Assembly (NCBI GenBank): GCA_031411295.1
Contig: JANOAV010000051.1
Coordinates: forward strand, 1-64,000
Direction: 5' to 3'
From: Verrucomicrobiales bacterium
Lineage (GTDB): Bacteria; Verrucomicrobiota; Verrucomicrobiia; Verrucomicrobiales; V1-33
DNA length: 64,000 nucleotides
The translations under genes and the position numbers were made by a program. This document shows positions 8,970 through 19,849 of this stretch, one piece after another. Under the pieces are notes generated by a model that saw nothing but the letters and a program-made list of their open reading frames with translations, was not told the origin of the DNA and ran no database searches. How positions within the stretch are numbered: the first letter of the stretch is position 1; each line of letters begins with the position of its first letter.

Positions 8970-10235
8970 TCAATGGTCTGAGATGCGACATGGCACCATG
9001 ATGGCGTCTTCCATGCCGTGGATAATTTTCTTATCCGCTGGGCAGATCGTGGCGAGGATGCCGCCGAGGGTGATATCTTTCCCCTGGCCTTGATTGGGCG
9101 CGAAGAAATATGGGCAGAGGCGCACGCGGCCTTCCATTTCCCGCACGGCCCCGGTCTCCCGGTCGTAGAACGGATGGCGGACCAGCTTCCCTTTGTGAAA
9201 CGTCTGCAATACATATGGATGTTGCTTAAATGAAGATTCGGCCATGGCAACCGCTTCTCGCCACGCTACTTGCGATTCATCATGGCCAATGACTACGCTG
9301 CGGCTCCCCCAAGCCAGTTCGGAGAAACCGCTCTGCTTCAGGACCAGCTCCCTTTGCGATTGGGAAAATTCACCCAGCTCTGACCAACTAGAGATTTCCA
9401 AACCTGGAATCACCGTGTGGTGAGGGATCGGGGACGGATCGACAATCCAGCTGCGAGGAATGAGTTTCATCAATGCCAGCTGATGATTCTCTCTTAGTTC
9501 CTGACGCCACCATTCCCGCAATGGGCGACTCCAAAACAGGGCCAACCAAAGTTTCTCTTCCAGCCACGGCTTGAGAGGCGCGGAAATCTTGCTGCCACTG
9601 CTAGCCCAGGATTGCCAGCGAGGCAGGTTAGGTAAATCGAACATTTCGAAAAATCGGTAAATGTCCCGCCCACATGCCTCGTAAGATTCAGCAGCCTGCA
9701 CCCTGAAATCCCCCCTTAGCTTGCCACAGAGCCATTCCATTTCCGGTCGATAATCTGCTGCTTCCTGAGAAATCACCAAATCCGCCCCCTGCGGGAAGAG
9801 CCCGCCAAAGCCATCGATCATGCCACGGGGGCCGCCAATCACATCCCACTCCGTGTAAATCTGATTGAGCCAAGCGGTCAAACCAATCCCGCCCGGCACG
9901 CTGTCGATTTCCGTCAACGCAAACCCGTTCTCGGTTAGGATTAAATCCGGTCGAATCACCTGCGGCAGATCATCCCGCCAAGCCTTATTCCTGGCTACTT
10001 CAAGTAATTCCGCCGGTTTCCCCACGTCCGCATACTCCGCAATCCAAGGCGGCAGCTTGCCGGCCCGACTGCGATAGTAAAACGAGTTTACCGCCCGCAG
10101 GAAGACCTGCAGACGATGCCCGATGCGTTTGATTTCCTCCACCTCCCCGCTGGAGAGCGGAAATGGCTCAGGCGAACTCAGCCACGTCTTGCCAGCGAAC
10201 AAGCCGCCTGTGGGAATAACAGGAACAGGAGACAT
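8970..10235 (-). CDS. ATP-grasp-like ligase (glutathionylspermidine synthase / circularly permuted ATP-grasp-like)
   Basis: RPDLILTENGFALTEIDSVPGGIG (R-x-D...E-x-D/N), LVLKQSGFSELAWGSRSV, YVLQ. Confidence 0.65.
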   Translation of the reverse strand: MSPVPVIPTGGLFAGKTWLSSPEPFPLSSGEVEEIKRIGHRLQVFLRAVNSFYYRSRAGKLPPWIAEYADVGKPAELLEVARNKAWRDDLPQVIRPDLILTENGFALTEIDSVPGGIGLTAWLNQIYTEWDVIGGPRGMIDGFGGLFPQGADLVISQEAADYRPEMEWLCGKLRGDFRVQAAESYEACGRDIYRFFEMFDLPNLPRWQSWASSGSKISAPLKPWLEEKLWLALFWSRPLREWWRQELRENHQLALMKLIPRSWIVDPSPIPHHTVIPGLEISSWSELGEFSQSQRELVLKQSGFSELAWGSRSVVIGHDESQVAWREAVAMAESSFKQHPYVLQTFHKGKLVRHPFYDRETGAVREMEGRVRLCPYFFAPNQGQGKDITLGGILATICPADKKIIHGMEDAIMVPCRISDH

Positions 10236-10256
10236 TGCAGTTAGTGAGCCGAGGGA

Positions 10257-11861
10257 TTACTTGAATTCCTTATTGGTGACCGCGTTCTGGATGCTGACTT
10301 GTTCCCGGTGGAAACTTGGGTCACTCCGGAAGCTGAGGCGGCCGTGGTGCTTGCGCTGCATTTCGACCAGGATCTGCTCGTCCTTGGTGCGCAGACGCTG
10401 CAAGACGTCCGGGTGCACGATGATGAGAAGATCGTGCTCGCTCTCGGGATAACGCAGCAGAATGCTATTAATGCGGCGTTGGAGTTCAACACTCATGGAC
10501 TCGGTGCTCTTGATTTTGCCATGACCATTGCAGTATTGGCAGTCATCATAGACGGACTCGCTCAGGCTCTCGTGGAGTCGCTGACGCGTCATTTCCATGA
10601 GCCCTAACGCAGAAATCGGCAGCGTCTGGGTCTTAGCTTTATCCCGACGGAGGCGGTCCTTCATGACTTTGGCGACCGCTTGGCGATCCCGCTGATGCTT
10701 CATGTCAATGAAATCCACCACAATGAGCCCACCCATGTTCCGCAAGCGGAGTTGACGACATACTTCATCGGCGGCTTCCAGGTTCGTCTGCACGATGGTC
10801 TTTTCCAGATCGTCCTGACTCTTATTGCGACCAGTGTTGACGTCGATGGCGATGAGCGCTTCGGTTTCGTCGATCACGAGGTAGCCGCCGCACTTGAGCC
10901 AGACTTGGCGGAAGAAGGCGTTGTCGATTTGCTTCTGGAGGCCGAGTTTATCGAAGATTGGTTCCGGCGTTTGCAGGTAACGGATGCGTTTCTTGGAGCG
11001 ACGGGAAATGACGCCCACCAGATCACGCATGCGTTCGGCGGTTTCCGCATTGTCACAAATGACTTCGTCCACTTCATCCGTCAGGAAATCACGCACCGTG
11101 CGCTCGATGATATCCGGCTCCTGGAAGACGCAGGCGGGGGCTTTGCTGGTGTTGTTATTCTGGGAAATTTTATTCCACTGCTCGACGAGCATGGCCAAGT
11201 CCCGCACGAAGAAACGGGCCCGCTTACCCGCGCAAACCGTGCGCATGATGACACCCATGCCTTCCGGCACGCTGAGTTTCCGCAGGATCTTGCGCAGGCG
11301 ATCCCGTTCCTTGGGGTCGTCAATCTTACGGCTGATGCCAAACATGTCGGTCAACGGCATGAGGACGAGGAAACGCCCGGCCATGGAGATGTTAGTCGTG
11401 ATCCGCGGACCTTTGGTGCTGATGGGTCCCTTGGTTACTTGCACCAGAACTTCCGCCCCGACGGGATAAATGCTGGGGATGTCCTTGGCCGTGATTTTCT
11501 TTCGCTTGGGCGCTTGGCGGGCGTTGCCGTGGCGGTCGATTTTTTCGAAATCGGTTTCTTCAGCATCGGCTGCGGGGATAGCGTCCCAGAAGTGGAGGAA
11601 GGCATTTTTTTCGAAACCGATGTCCACGAACATGGCTTTCAACCCTTGTTCAATGTTGCGGACGCGGCCTTTGAAGATGCTGCCGACGATGTTCTGCGAA
11701 CCGGCGCGCTCAATGTTGTATTCTTCCAGCACCCCGTCCTCGACGAGGGCGATGCGTTGTTCGAGTCGCTCGGTGTTAACGACGACTCTGGTTCCGATAT
11801 TAAAATCCGAATTGGCTCCGAAGAATTTTCTGATACGTTTTACGATGTTGGCGATGGGCAT
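10257..11861 (-). CDS. rng: Ribonuclease E/G family
   Basis: S1 domain GSIFKGRV...AMFVDIG; IAIDVNTG, TNLEAA, LRLRNMGGLIVVDFIDM; CQYC zinc link. Confidence 0.93.
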   Translation of the reverse strand: MPIANIVKRIRKFFGANSDFNIGTRVVVNTERLEQRIALVEDGVLEEYNIERAGSQNIVGSIFKGRVRNIEQGLKAMFVDIGFEKNAFLHFWDAIPAADAEETDFEKIDRHGNARQAPKRKKITAKDIPSIYPVGAEVLVQVTKGPISTKGPRITTNISMAGRFLVLMPLTDMFGISRKIDDPKERDRLRKILRKLSVPEGMGVIMRTVCAGKRARFFVRDLAMLVEQWNKISQNNNTSKAPACVFQEPDIIERTVRDFLTDEVDEVICDNAETAERMRDLVGVISRRSKKRIRYLQTPEPIFDKLGLQKQIDNAFFRQVWLKCGGYLVIDETEALIAIDVNTGRNKSQDDLEKTIVQTNLEAADEVCRQLRLRNMGGLIVVDFIDMKHQRDRQAVAKVMKDRLRRDKAKTQTLPISALGLMEMTRQRLHESLSESVYDDCQYCNGHGKIKSTESMSVELQRRINSILLRYPESEHDLLIIVHPDVLQRLRTKDEQILVEMQRKHHGRLSFRSDPSFHREQVSIQNAVTNKEFK

Positions 11862-11908
11862 GGTCTGGAATAAATTAAGTAAGGGTGATAAAGTCTGAGA
11901 AAGTAAAA

Positions 11909-14152
11909 TTATTGGGACGGTGAATTGGGTTTGAACTGCGGGCCTTCCATGACTCGCGCCTTTGGGGCCACAACGTTGCCCTGAGTTCCCAGAGAGGGAG
12001 CTTCGGTGGGCACGGCGGCGGGGACTGCTTGGGGTTTGTAAATTTTTTCTGGAGGTGGTTCGTCGTCAGGAACGTCGGCATCGTCATCAGACTTGGGGAC
12101 GTTGGGCGCGGTGCCATAACTTACACTGTCGATGAGTTTGAAATGGCCTTTGGCCTCAGTGAGCTTGGCGATGGTGGCCAGATCCACTTTGTAACTTCCA
12201 TTCAGAATGGCGATCGTTTGCTCCACGACGCGCTTGGCGATCGGGGCCGCAGTGCCACCGCCAGATTTACCGCCTTGCACAATGAGTGACAACGCCACTT
12301 TAGGGGATTCGTAAGGAGCAAAACACATGAACCAGGTATTGTCATCACGCACAGAGGAGTGGTCACCCGGGATGTAGCGCCAAGCCTGGGCGGTTCCAGT
12401 CTTGCCCGCGCCACCTCCATGCTGCGCAATCTCAGGCATGTCCGAGAGGAAACTTTTGCCCGTTCCGCGCTCTGCGTTAACCACGCTCCACATCCCCTTG
12501 CGCACCAGTTCAATTTGCTTGGGCGTGACGTTTTCCTTGAGGAGGTCCGCCCGCAATTTGGGTTTGAAGGAAGTGGATTCTTTGATGTTGTTGACCCGAT
12601 GGTGCACCAGCGTTGGATAGTAGGCCTTGCCGCCGTTGGCTACCGTGGTCGCGACACAGGACATTTGCAGCGGGGACTCGATGACCGCCCCCTGACCAAT
12701 GGAAACATTGGCCGTGGTCGATTGCCCCCAAACTCCGCCTCCATTGCTCTTAAGCCAAGTTTTACCGGGCACGAGACCGGGACTCTCTCCTTCCAGCTCA
12801 ATGCCAGTTTGCACCCCCAAGCCCAGCATGTTGCACATCTTGTTAATGTTATCGATCCCGGCGTCATTTCCATACTGAAAGAAGAAGCAGTTGCAGGAAT
12901 TCTTGATGCCGCCGATTAAATCGAGCGAACCATGTGAGCCACCCTTTTTGCCAATCCAGCAGTGCATGGGCTTACCAGCCCCGTAGGTAATTGAGCCACT
13001 GCAATTGTAGTAGTTGTTCATTTGGCCGGGGGCCAGAAATCCGGCCAACGCCACGGGGATCTTGAAAACGGACCCCGGGGCAAAGGAACTGATGGCGCGA
13101 TTTAATAGGGGAATCGACAAGTCATCCTTATAGATTTTGTAATCAGCCACCGTTATCTTGGGAATAAACTTGTTGGGATCGTAATTTGGCACCGCCACCA
13201 TCGAGATCACCTCGCCCGTGTTAGGATCTTGCGCCACGACTGCCCCACGTCCAATCCCGGCATCGCGCAGTGCCATCTCCGCCGCGTATTGGGCGCGGAT
13301 ATCGATCGTCAAGTAAACATCATCCCCGGAGCGAGCTTCTTCATATTTCACCTCGCGCTCCAATCGCCCGTGCTCGTTGATGAGCAGCGTGCGGAATCCA
13401 GGCTTGCCCCGAAGGAATTTATCCAGCGTTTTCTCCAAGCCAGCCACACCACGATCATCCCCTTCGTAGAATTTATACTTTCCCTTGTCCTCAGCAGGAA
13501 TTTCCTTATCGAACAGCTTCACATAGCCAATCAAGTGTCCCGTCAGCGGGCCATAGGGATATTCCCGCAGGAATCGCTGACTGATGGTAACACCCGGTAA
13601 GTTCAGGTTATGCTCCGCAAATTTCGCGAAATCATCCCACTTGAGGCCCTGAATATAATTGAAAGGAACCTCTCCCTTGAAGCTCCGATAATGGATGCGG
13701 AGGTGGTCTTCCCACTCCTGTTCATCCTTGGGGTCCTGATGAATACTGGAAGCTAAGCCCAGTTTAAACAATGGATCAATCACCACGTCCTTCACAATCG
13801 CAACGATGTCCGTCTCCTTGGCCTTGGCCGGATCCCATTCATACTTGGGAAGGCCACCCTTCTCTCCCTTGTGAATATCCGCGTAGTATTGAACAATGGC
13901 TCCCAGGTCCAGGCCCACTTGCAGCACGCTGCGATTCTTGGCCAACTCGACTCCATTGCGATCCAGGATGCGCCCGCGCGGACCAGGGAAACGGTGCCGC
14001 ACTTCCTTGGTTCCAGGAAGCTTCTTGGCGTATTCTTCCTGCTTTTGGAATTGCAGATACCACAGGCGGCTCAGCAGCAGGCCGAAGCCGCCGATGATCA
14101 CCAAACCAAAAAGGATGAGTCGGAAACGAGACGATTGAATCATGACTGCCAT
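11909..14152 (-). CDS. mrdA: Penicillin-binding protein 2
   Basis: N-terminal TM, PRGRILDRNG, SxxK (PGSVFK), SCN, KTGTAQ; in mre cluster. Confidence 0.93.
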   Translation of the reverse strand: MAVMIQSSRFRLILFGLVIIGGFGLLLSRLWYLQFQKQEEYAKKLPGTKEVRHRFPGPRGRILDRNGVELAKNRSVLQVGLDLGAIVQYYADIHKGEKGGLPKYEWDPAKAKETDIVAIVKDVVIDPLFKLGLASSIHQDPKDEQEWEDHLRIHYRSFKGEVPFNYIQGLKWDDFAKFAEHNLNLPGVTISQRFLREYPYGPLTGHLIGYVKLFDKEIPAEDKGKYKFYEGDDRGVAGLEKTLDKFLRGKPGFRTLLINEHGRLEREVKYEEARSGDDVYLTIDIRAQYAAEMALRDAGIGRGAVVAQDPNTGEVISMVAVPNYDPNKFIPKITVADYKIYKDDLSIPLLNRAISSFAPGSVFKIPVALAGFLAPGQMNNYYNCSGSITYGAGKPMHCWIGKKGGSHGSLDLIGGIKNSCNCFFFQYGNDAGIDNINKMCNMLGLGVQTGIELEGESPGLVPGKTWLKSNGGGVWGQSTTANVSIGQGAVIESPLQMSCVATTVANGGKAYYPTLVHHRVNNIKESTSFKPKLRADLLKENVTPKQIELVRKGMWSVVNAERGTGKSFLSDMPEIAQHGGGAGKTGTAQAWRYIPGDHSSVRDDNTWFMCFAPYESPKVALSLIVQGGKSGGGTAAPIAKRVVEQTIAILNGSYKVDLATIAKLTEAKGHFKLIDSVSYGTAPNVPKSDDDADVPDDEPPPEKIYKPQAVPAAVPTEAPSLGTQGNVVAPKARVMEGPQFKPNSPSQ

Positions 14153-14739
14153 CTGCGATAGGCCATGGCTTCTAGACGAATGTGGTAACCGCAGGTTCGA
14201 GCAAGACGATGAATCAGATAGAAAGCAAGCGGTGCCACGGCCATCGAGAGCAAGGCGGTGGTTGATATATAATACCAGATACTCGCAGGGAAATAGAATC
14301 CCCCACGACGAAAATTAATCCAAAGATACTCAAAGAGCAGGAGCAGGAACGTGCCTACGCCCACCATGAGCAGCGCCATTTCCCAGCGACCTCGTCGGAA
14401 CAAGGGGCGAATCCCCTGCATCAACGAACCGAAGAGGCCGTAAAGGAAAATGGAAAATCCAAACGTGCTGCCGGATTTCGGCAGCAGAACTCCCAGATTG
14501 GCCGCCGCCTGAGTGACGTCCAAATCCAACAGTTGCACCATGTTCTTGGCATCCCAAACAAAACCTGTGAAGAAGGCGAAGATTAGCATGACAGGAAAGG
14601 GGACACTAACCGCGCAGGCAAAGAACAGCACCGCCACCAAATGAATATGCGAACTATAGGCCCACGGAATACTGGGAATGAAATCCTGAATAATCATTCC
14701 GAAACATAAAATCACGCCTAACAGCAAGGTAAAGATCAT
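14140..14739 (-). CDS. mreD: MreD-like integral membrane protein
   Basis: Polytopic hydrophobic 199 aa between mreC and mrdA with overlapping start/stop codons. Confidence 0.7.
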   Translation of the reverse strand: MIFTLLLGVILCFGMIIQDFIPSIPWAYSSHIHLVAVLFFACAVSVPFPVMLIFAFFTGFVWDAKNMVQLLDLDVTQAAANLGVLLPKSGSTFGFSIFLYGLFGSLMQGIRPLFRRGRWEMALLMVGVGTFLLLLFEYLWINFRRGGFYFPASIWYYISTTALLSMAVAPLAFYLIHRLARTCGYHIRLEAMAYRRWQS

Positions 14740-15620
14740 GGATTCTTACCGGATACGGGAACTACTGCCGTGGACAGCGCCTCCTCAGGTTGCAAAACAA
14801 ACACGTGCCTCAGCACGTCGAAGTCCACTGCTGGCTTGACCTCGGCCTCGGCCGTGCCATCCCCGGGATGGAAATCGCTCACATCACCCAGCAACACCCC
14901 AAACGGAAAGACTCCGCCAGCCCCATCACTCAGCACCTGCAATCCTGGTTCCAGGGCCGGTTCCGGCTTAAGAAATCTCAGACGCAAATTTGGAGTGGAA
15001 CGGGTCGAACTGCGTGCCCCCATGAGAATTCCCCGCACATTGTTCAAGCCCTTCACCGTGGCCGACACCCGACAGTTTTCGTCCGTCAGGAAAACTACCG
15101 TCGCACTACTATCTTCGGCCCGCCCGATTTTGCCAACCAGCGCGCCCTCATATCGCGCCACGCCTCCATCATTAACCTGCACCGCCGCCAGGACCGGGGT
15201 TTGCTCCATCACATGATGTTTCAAGCCCTTGTCGATCAGCGCCTCGCGATACCAAGCGGACTGCTTACGATTAATAATTTCCGCCGGGATTAATTTATAC
15301 CCATAGCGCTTCCGAAATTCCAAGGCCACTCGCAGATCAGCGTTCTCATGTTCCAAACTAGCCAAGTTTTGTTGCTGGATCCGGAGTTGGTCCAATTCGA
15401 TCTGCAATTGCTTATTTTCTACCAGCAATTGCTGAGGCGATTTCACTTCTTCCGTCGCCCCCACAATCGCATCCTGCACCTTGGCTCCCGTGCGCGTGAA
15501 CGGAGAGAACCACGATCCGATGGTGCGCTGGATGGCCTGAGTCTTTTCGCGTGGCAGCACGAAAACCCATACCAGAGCACCAATGAAAATCAATAAAGCT
15601 AGAACGTTGAGGCGTCTCAT
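14736..15620 (-). CDS. mreC: Rod shape-determining protein MreC
   Basis: TM + coiled coil (ENADLR), IDKG, LVGKI, GGVFPFGVLLG, VKPAVDF; start at MRRLNV. Confidence 0.92.
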   Translation of the reverse strand: MRRLNVLALLIFIGALVWVFVLPREKTQAIQRTIGSWFSPFTRTGAKVQDAIVGATEEVKSPQQLLVENKQLQIELDQLRIQQQNLASLEHENADLRVALEFRKRYGYKLIPAEIINRKQSAWYREALIDKGLKHHVMEQTPVLAAVQVNDGGVARYEGALVGKIGRAEDSSATVVFLTDENCRVSATVKGLNNVRGILMGARSSTRSTPNLRLRFLKPEPALEPGLQVLSDGAGGVFPFGVLLGDVSDFHPGDGTAEAEVKPAVDFDVLRHVFVLQPEEALSTAVVPVSGKNP

Positions 15621-15741
15621 GACGATGGTGACGAAATTTCCCGAGTGCGATCTCTCCAATTTAGCGCCCACAGACAGGCTGGATGGGAATACGGAGTCGA
15701 AGGCTGGTTGCTTTCAGCTAATCGGAGAAAACTTGAAAGGA

Positions 15742-16770
15742 TCAAGCATCCCGGCTGGTGACCTTCTTAAGGAAGGCCAGTTCGCTAAGGACTTTGCCAG
15801 TGCCTTCGGCAACGGCAGAGAGCGGATCTTCCGCCACATGAACGGGCAAGCCCGTTTCTTCCGATAGCAGCTTGTCCAAGCCGCGTAGTAAAGCTCCGCC
15901 TCCGGCCAGCACCAGTCCACGGTCCACAAGGTCAGCGGAGAGTTCTGGGGGGCAGCGTTCCAGGGTGACCCGGACGCTATCAATGATGGTGCGCAGAGGC
16001 TCCAACATGGCCTCCCGCACTTCTTGAGACGTGATCGTTATGGTCTTGGGCAGGCCGGCAACCATGTCCCGCCCTTTCACTTCCATCGTGGTTTCCTTGG
16101 GCAGCGGATAGGCCGATCCCACGCGGATCTTGATGTCTTCCGCCGTGCGTTCCCCAATCATCAGATTGTAGGCGCGTTTCATATATTGCACGATGGCTTC
16201 ATCCAATTCGTCGCCAGCGACACGGACACTGCGGCTGTAAACGATGCCACTCAGGGAGATCAGCGCCACTTCCGTGGTCCCACCACCGATATCAACAATC
16301 ATGTTGCCACTGGCTTCCTGCACCGGCAAGCCTACGCCGATCGCAGCGGCCATCGGCTCTTCGATGAGATAGACTTCGCGCGCCCCCGCTTGGGTGGCGC
16401 TTTCTTTGACCGCACGCTTCTCCACTTCGGTAATCCCGCTGGGCACCGCAATGACCACGCGAGGCCGCACCATACCGCGGCGGTTGTGAACTTTGTGAAT
16501 GAAGTGGCGCAGCATCGCTTCCGTCACTTCGAAGTCGGCTATCACACCATCCTTCAGGGGGCGAATTGCGACAATGTTGCCCGGAGTGCGGCCGAGCATG
16601 CGTTTGGCGTCATCACCCACCGCCAGCACTTCACTGGTGCCGGCCTTGACGGCCACCACTGAGGGTTCGCGGAGAACGATACCGTGATCTTTGACATAAA
16701 CTAGCGTGTTGGCTGTGCCGAGGTCGATTCCAATATCATTGGAGAACCATCCGAAAAATCTGCCGATCAT
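15742..16770 (-). CDS. mreB: Actin-like protein MreB
   Basis: [50 protein letters not shown]. Confidence 0.98.
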   Translation of the reverse strand: MIGRFFGWFSNDIGIDLGTANTLVYVKDHGIVLREPSVVAVKAGTSEVLAVGDDAKRMLGRTPGNIVAIRPLKDGVIADFEVTEAMLRHFIHKVHNRRGMVRPRVVIAVPSGITEVEKRAVKESATQAGAREVYLIEEPMAAAIGVGLPVQEASGNMIVDIGGGTTEVALISLSGIVYSRSVRVAGDELDEAIVQYMKRAYNLMIGERTAEDIKIRVGSAYPLPKETTMEVKGRDMVAGLPKTITITSQEVREAMLEPLRTIIDSVRVTLERCPPELSADLVDRGLVLAGGGALLRGLDKLLSEETGLPVHVAEDPLSAVAEGTGKVLSELAFLKKVTSRDA

Positions 16771-17279
16771 TTAAATTGGTTTAGGGGTAAAAGTTTGGAG
16801 TATTAAATACAAATTGAGAAGCGCCAATCTTACGACCAACGCCGAATAAAATCACCACTTCCCCGCTGGATCTCTTTTAACGCTCAACCCCACCGGAGCC
16901 CAGCAGACGAGCAGGGACTCGGAATCGGATGTGGCAGCGTTCCCAAAGATGACGGGAAAATTTAGAAACTATAAGGTGGAGCCAATTTACGCGGGGTCAA
17001 TGGGAAAAAAGGCTGCCTTCAAAAATCGCCATAATCATTGTTCCACAGCATCTTAGAGCATGTTCCACGGAAACTGTGGCAATTTGAGCGCCTGGCCACC
17101 CATTTCTCGCAGAACCAACTCCCTTCGCCCAGATTCCGCTCTGGTTCGGCTCTGCTAGGACCTCCCCACCCCACTTCTGCGACTGGCTCTCAACTCCCCT
17201 GTGGTTGTCTCAACATGCAGCCAAATTCGATGCTCGATATGCCAGATTTCACTCGCCAAGGTCGGTCTTTCATCGCACA

Positions 17280-18623
17280 ATGCTCCCCATGAGAACTCCA
17301 CTGCGACTCCTGCTCTTAATGGCACTTACGCAGCCGTGTGCCGTCGCGCTAGGCGAAAATCTCACCCTGCCAAAGAATTTCCCCAGCGATCCCATCCAGG
17401 CGCTGCTGCCATTTGACAATCGACTCTGGATAGCTCAGAAAAACGCCATCACCATGTGGGAACGCGGCGGCGGCAGTCCGACAACCCTGAGCATGGAAGG
17501 AGTTGGCGGCTCGGCTCGACTCATGATGGGCAGCCAGACCGGCGGAGTCTTAGCTGGTGCCTTGATCAGCGCCTCTGGCAAGGCCGAAGCACTTCCAGGG
17601 CTCAGCTCTGCCAGCGTGGTTGGAGTTTGCCGCCATCCGGCAGATCACCGGCTTTGTTTCCTCACGGAGGAGGGCCGACTGCTGGGTGCAGATGTCGCAA
17701 CCAAGGAAGTGGCAGGCATCTTTGAAAATTTACCAAAAGCGCTTGGACTGGGCTCGCATCCAGCTCACCTGCGAGCGCTGTTTGCCGCGCATGATCGACT
17801 CTACCTAGCCAATGAAGCAAATGCCGGACAAGCTGGCAAAGGTGGTGGGAGACTCGCAGAATGGGACTGGCGCGGAGCCTGGCGCATGGTGGACACGGCT
17901 TCCTTTGTGGATGTCACTGGCATCGAAAGCGTGAATGGTGAGCGCGAGAACTTGGTGCTAGCGTTGGGCTATGATGATCTGTCAGTCTTACTCCGAGTCT
18001 ATAGCAACCTCCAATGGAAACGATATCGACTCCCTTGGCGTGAGCGCCCCAGCACCGGAATCGGCCAGCGCATTCGCGAAATTTCTCCCGGTCAATGGTT
18101 GATGCTGGCGTTCGGTAATTTCTATCTCATCCAACCGCCGATCCCCGGATCCAATCAGCCCCAGGTGAGACCTTTGAGCGCTTGCACTGAATCCCTGCAC
18201 GACTTCTGCGCCTGGGGTGGCAGCATCGTTTTGGCAGGAGGGCAACAGGATCGGACCGCCGGCACAACCCAACCCCTGCTGCGGGAAACGACGCTAGCCG
18301 CAATCACCGCAAGCCCCCGTCCTACTGGCCAGGGCGCTTGGTGGCGCACTACTTCCGTGAACGCAAACCAAGTTAGTGAAAGCCTCCTGATTGCCGGATT
18401 CCAGAAACGAACCGTGCACCTTAGTAACGAAGGTGATTCGCCTCTCACAGTCGATCTGGAAATTGATGCCAACAACACGGAGGCCTATCGCGGGCTATAT
18501 CGGATGCAGGTGGCTCCTCACAGTTACGTGCCCTATGTGTTCCCTGAAGGCTACTCGGCAACTTGGTTGCGTCTTCGCGCCCAAGAGGCAGGAATGGTCA
18601 CGGCAGAGATTTCACTGGAATAG
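17280..18623 (+). CDS. Exported hypothetical protein, probably beta-propeller plus C-terminal beta domain
   Basis: Signal peptide MRTPLRLLLLMALTQPCAVA; long ORF filling the gap; beta-strand-rich. Confidence 0.65.
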   Translation: MLPMRTPLRLLLLMALTQPCAVALGENLTLPKNFPSDPIQALLPFDNRLWIAQKNAITMWERGGGSPTTLSMEGVGGSARLMMGSQTGGVLAGALISASGKAEALPGLSSASVVGVCRHPADHRLCFLTEEGRLLGADVATKEVAGIFENLPKALGLGSHPAHLRALFAAHDRLYLANEANAGQAGKGGGRLAEWDWRGAWRMVDTASFVDVTGIESVNGERENLVLALGYDDLSVLLRVYSNLQWKRYRLPWRERPSTGIGQRIREISPGQWLMLAFGNFYLIQPPIPGSNQPQVRPLSACTESLHDFCAWGGSIVLAGGQQDRTAGTTQPLLRETTLAAITASPRPTGQGAWWRTTSVNANQVSESLLIAGFQKRTVHLSNEGDSPLTVDLEIDANNTEAYRGLYRMQVAPHSYVPYVFPEGYSATWLRLRAQEAGMVTAEISLE

Positions 18624-18670
18624 AGCTTAGAGCTTTGCGCCAACGAACATGTCGCCCACTGCGTTCTGCA

Positions 18671-19798
18671 TTACGCCCGTTGCGCGATCGGTAAGATCGG
18701 CTGCGGCGGCTTGGGTCCGATGTAGTCCGTTAGCGGTCGATAGAGGCGATTGTCCTCCAACTGCTCCAGCACTTGCGCGGTCCAACCAGCAGCCCGGCTG
18801 ATGGCGAAGATCGGGGTGAAGAGATCGGTGGGCAGACCGAGGCTGTAATAAACCGTGGCGGAGTAGAAATCGACATTGGCGTTCAGCCCCTTTTGCTCGC
18901 GCATGATGGTGGCGATGCGTTCACTCATGCGAATCCATTTTGGCTCACCGAGTTTCTCCGTGAGGGCGATCGCCATCTTCTGGAGGTGAGGCGCACGTGG
19001 ATCCAGCACTTTGTAAACGCGATGGCCGATGCCCATGATCTTTTCTTTCTTGGCCAACTTGTCGGCCACATAAGCGTCCACTTGGTCCTCCTCACCAATT
19101 TCCTGGAGCATATGAATCACACCTTCATTGGCTCCACCGTGCAGCGGGCCTTTCAGCGTGCCAATGGCGGAGGTGATCGCAGAATAAAAATCCGACAACG
19201 TGGCCACCGTCACCCGAGCACTGAAAGTGGAGGCGTTCATGCCATGGTCGGCATGCAGAATCAGGGCCACATCCAACGTCTTCACGGCAGTAGCATCCGG
19301 TTCTTTAGCGAAAGCATGATAAAGGAAACTGGCGGCTTCGGAAAGATCCGTCCGCACCACAGGAAGCTCCAGCCCTTGGCGAATGCGATGATAAGCGGCC
19401 ACGATGAGCGGAATCTTCGCACAGATTGACAGCGCGCGTTCTTCGTTGAGTGCGCGGTCCTGGTGCTGTTCCTTTTGATCCAGCACGCCCAGTAAAGAGA
19501 CCGCGGTGCGCAGGATGTCCATCACATTCCCATCCGTGGGAACAATGGTCTTCAAGAAAGCGACGACCGCCTCCGGCAGGAAACGATGCTTCCGCAATTC
19601 AACAGTAAACGAATCCAACTCGCTCTGATTGGGCAGCTTGGACTTATACAACAAATACATCACCTCTTCGAAGGTGCAATTGGCCACCAGATCATCAATC
19701 GTGTAGCCAAGATAGCACAATTTCCCATTGGCTCCGTCCACTTCGGACAGGCGGGATTCATTGGCGATGACGCCTTCTAGACCTTTAGCAACTAGCAT
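18671..19798 (-). CDS. gltA: Citrate synthase (short type; citrate/2-methylcitrate synthase family)
   Basis: KGLEGV, LHADHGMNAST, GPLHGGAN, MGIGHRVYK, NVDFY. Confidence 0.92.
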   Translation of the reverse strand: MLVAKGLEGVIANESRLSEVDGANGKLCYLGYTIDDLVANCTFEEVMYLLYKSKLPNQSELDSFTVELRKHRFLPEAVVAFLKTIVPTDGNVMDILRTAVSLLGVLDQKEQHQDRALNEERALSICAKIPLIVAAYHRIRQGLELPVVRTDLSEAASFLYHAFAKEPDATAVKTLDVALILHADHGMNASTFSARVTVATLSDFYSAITSAIGTLKGPLHGGANEGVIHMLQEIGEEDQVDAYVADKLAKKEKIMGIGHRVYKVLDPRAPHLQKMAIALTEKLGEPKWIRMSERIATIMREQKGLNANVDFYSATVYYSLGLPTDLFTPIFAISRAAGWTAQVLEQLEDNRLYRPLTDYIGPKPPQPILPIAQRA

Positions 19799-19849
19799 TT
19801 TAAGAGGGGAGTAAGTGAGTGGAAAAATAAAAAAGCAAGGAGAAACCGG

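Noticed and set aside
8924..9250. N-terminal extension of the coiled-coil ORF
   Set aside because: Mostly overlaps the ATP-grasp gene in another frame and is not protein-like
10680..11873. 397-aa plus-strand ORF
   Set aside because: Antisense shadow of rng; no motifs; typical of GC-biased codon usage
17053..17064. TTAGAGCATGTT, similar to TTAGAGCGTGTT at 47062, reminiscent of IS5/MITE termini
   Set aside because: No matching inverted end or transposase found nearby; too short to support
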